In this document: positions 63,241-64,000 of the stretch, one piece after another
How positions within the stretch are numbered: the first letter of the stretch is position 1
Layout: each line of letters starts with the position of its first letter
Assembly: GCA_043800535.1 (NCBI GenBank)
Contig: JAZDMV010000026.1
Location: 5,781 to 69,780, forward strand
Length of the DNA: 64,000 nucleotides
Direction of reading: 5' to 3'
Source: a bacterium
GTDB taxonomy: Bacteria > Patescibacteriota > Minisyncoccia > Portnoybacterales > GWB1-42-6
Translations under genes and position numbers: made by a program
The notes under the pieces: generated by a model
What the model was told of the DNA's origin: nothing
The model's database searches: none
Seen by the model: only the letters and a program-made list of their open reading frames with translations

Positions 63241-64000
63241 ATGAGGTTCAGCTCTGCTAAAAGATATCTTTCAAACAAAATTGATTTAAGACTGGGCACA
63301 TGCTTAAGCGGACTTGATTATGTGGGGTTGATAATTACGCGAACATGCAATTTTAAGTGTCCAAATTGCGATTCTTGGAAGAAACAGGATATTGGTGAGT
63401 TATCGCAGGCAGAATGGCTAAAGGTGTTGGAAGAAGTGTCTGGCCTCAGGCCTTATATAGAATTTACCGGCGGTGAACCTCTTATTAAAAAAGATTTGGT
63501 GTTTGCCTTGGCCAGCGAGGGGAGAAGGTCGGGACTCACCATGTGCCTTAACACAAATGGATCTCTGATAGATGAGCAGGTCGCTGATGATATTATAAGT
63601 TCTGGATTACGAATGGTAAAAGTCTCTTTATACAGTCTTAATGAATCTATCCACAACACGCTTAGGGGAGTGAGGAATGCCGGGGCTCGGGCAAAAGAAT
63701 CATTAAATATTTTAAGAAATAAAAACGCAGATAAGAAGATAAAGATACAGATAGGTTTTTTGTTGACAGGGTTGAACATAGATGGAATAAATGAAATAAT
63801 TGATTTTGCGTCAAGAAACAATTTTGAGCTGGCCATACAGGTTTTGGATTTTGTTATTGAACGTCAATATGAGCAGGACTGGGAAAAAAAATCTGAAATA
63901 TGGCCAACGGCAGAACAGCTTGGAAAATACTTAAAGCCGCTTGTTGTCAAAAAACCGAGTTGCGTAATAAATCAAAAATTCCATTTAAAATTAATTTATG
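63241..64000 (+). CDS. Radical SAM protein (partial, continues past window end)
   Basis: CNFKCPNC (Cx3Cx2C) cluster motif near N-terminus; open frame to end of window. Confidence 0.7.
   Translation, partial: MRFSSAKRYLSNKIDLRLGTCLSGLDYVGLIITRTCNFKCPNCDSWKKQDIGELSQAEWLKVLEEVSGLRPYIEFTGGEPLIKKDLVFALASEGRRSGLTMCLNTNGSLIDEQVADDIISSGLRMVKVSLYSLNESIHNTLRGVRNAGARAKESLNILRNKNADKKIKIQIGFLLTGLNIDGINEIIDFASRNNFELAIQVLDFVIERQYEQDWEKKSEIWPTAEQLGKYLKPLVVKKPSCVINQKFHLKLIY

Noticed and set aside
63453-63836. 127 aa minus-strand ORF
   Set aside because: Antisense to the radical SAM gene, whose Cx3Cx2C motif and open frame to the window end are more convincing.

Overview
This 64 kb window looks like a compact, gene-dense bacterial contig. 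It has the style of a small-genome Candidate-Phyla-Radiation/Patescibacteria-type organism, though that lineage call is inferred from gene content and architecture, not from any search. Several genes have no Shine-Dalgarno sequence, small membrane proteins of unknown function are frequent, and there is a group-3b-like [NiFe] hydrogenase. Housekeeping genes I recognise by sequence: SIMPL/DUF541 protein, CCA tRNA nucleotidyltransferase, NusA, membrane pyrophosphatase HppA, trigger factor, ClpP, RNase Y followed by YmdB (the Bacillus-like rny-ymdB pair), HU, L19, an RluA-family pseudouridine synthase, FtsH, a multi-S1-domain protein, GyrA, Apt, MTA phosphorylase, Fpg/MutM, LemA, a DsbA-like protein and a MacAB-like efflux set. 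There is a cell-envelope block (GT2 glycosyltransferase, two paralogous NodB-type polysaccharide deacetylases, a GH26-like hydrolase, a collagen-repeat secreted protein). At the 3' end there is a [NiFe] hydrogenase cluster (beta, gamma, small and large subunits, HypC, a short HypA-like protein, radical SAM), interrupted by two unrelated genes. RNA genes: nine tRNAs (Arg-TCG, Pro-CGG, Ala-CGC, Gly-GCC, Phe-GAA, Val-TAC, Leu-GAG, Val-GAC, Ile-TAT). Two minus-strand tRNA clusters contain a pseudo-tRNA fragment, orphan 3'-half tRNA-like pieces, and a tRNA-like gene whose halves flank a complete tRNA-Val. A possible 5' portion of RNase P RNA lies at the window start. The most unusual content is non-coding and recurs through the window: (1) a roughly 65-180 nt composite palindromic repeat family (GTCATTCC...GGAATCCAG...CTGGATTCC...GGAATGAC) in six copies, one inserted in-frame in a CDS; (2) a second inverted-repeat family with CCCCACACC / GGTGTGGGG termini, one copy enclosing a whole tRNA-Leu gene; (3) GAGGAGG-type hairpin repeats flanking a DUF559 endonuclease gene; (4) gene-specific long imperfect palindromes built from repeated 6-9 nt words, lying just upstream of many start codons. 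A tandem array of four paralogous small two-TM secreted proteins with VirB2/TrbC-like topology sits convergent to a three-gene membrane-protein operon; this is my candidate for an undescribed surface or secretion system. AT-rich gene islets sit next to several tRNAs. No CRISPR array, rRNA gene, integrase or transposase was recognised.
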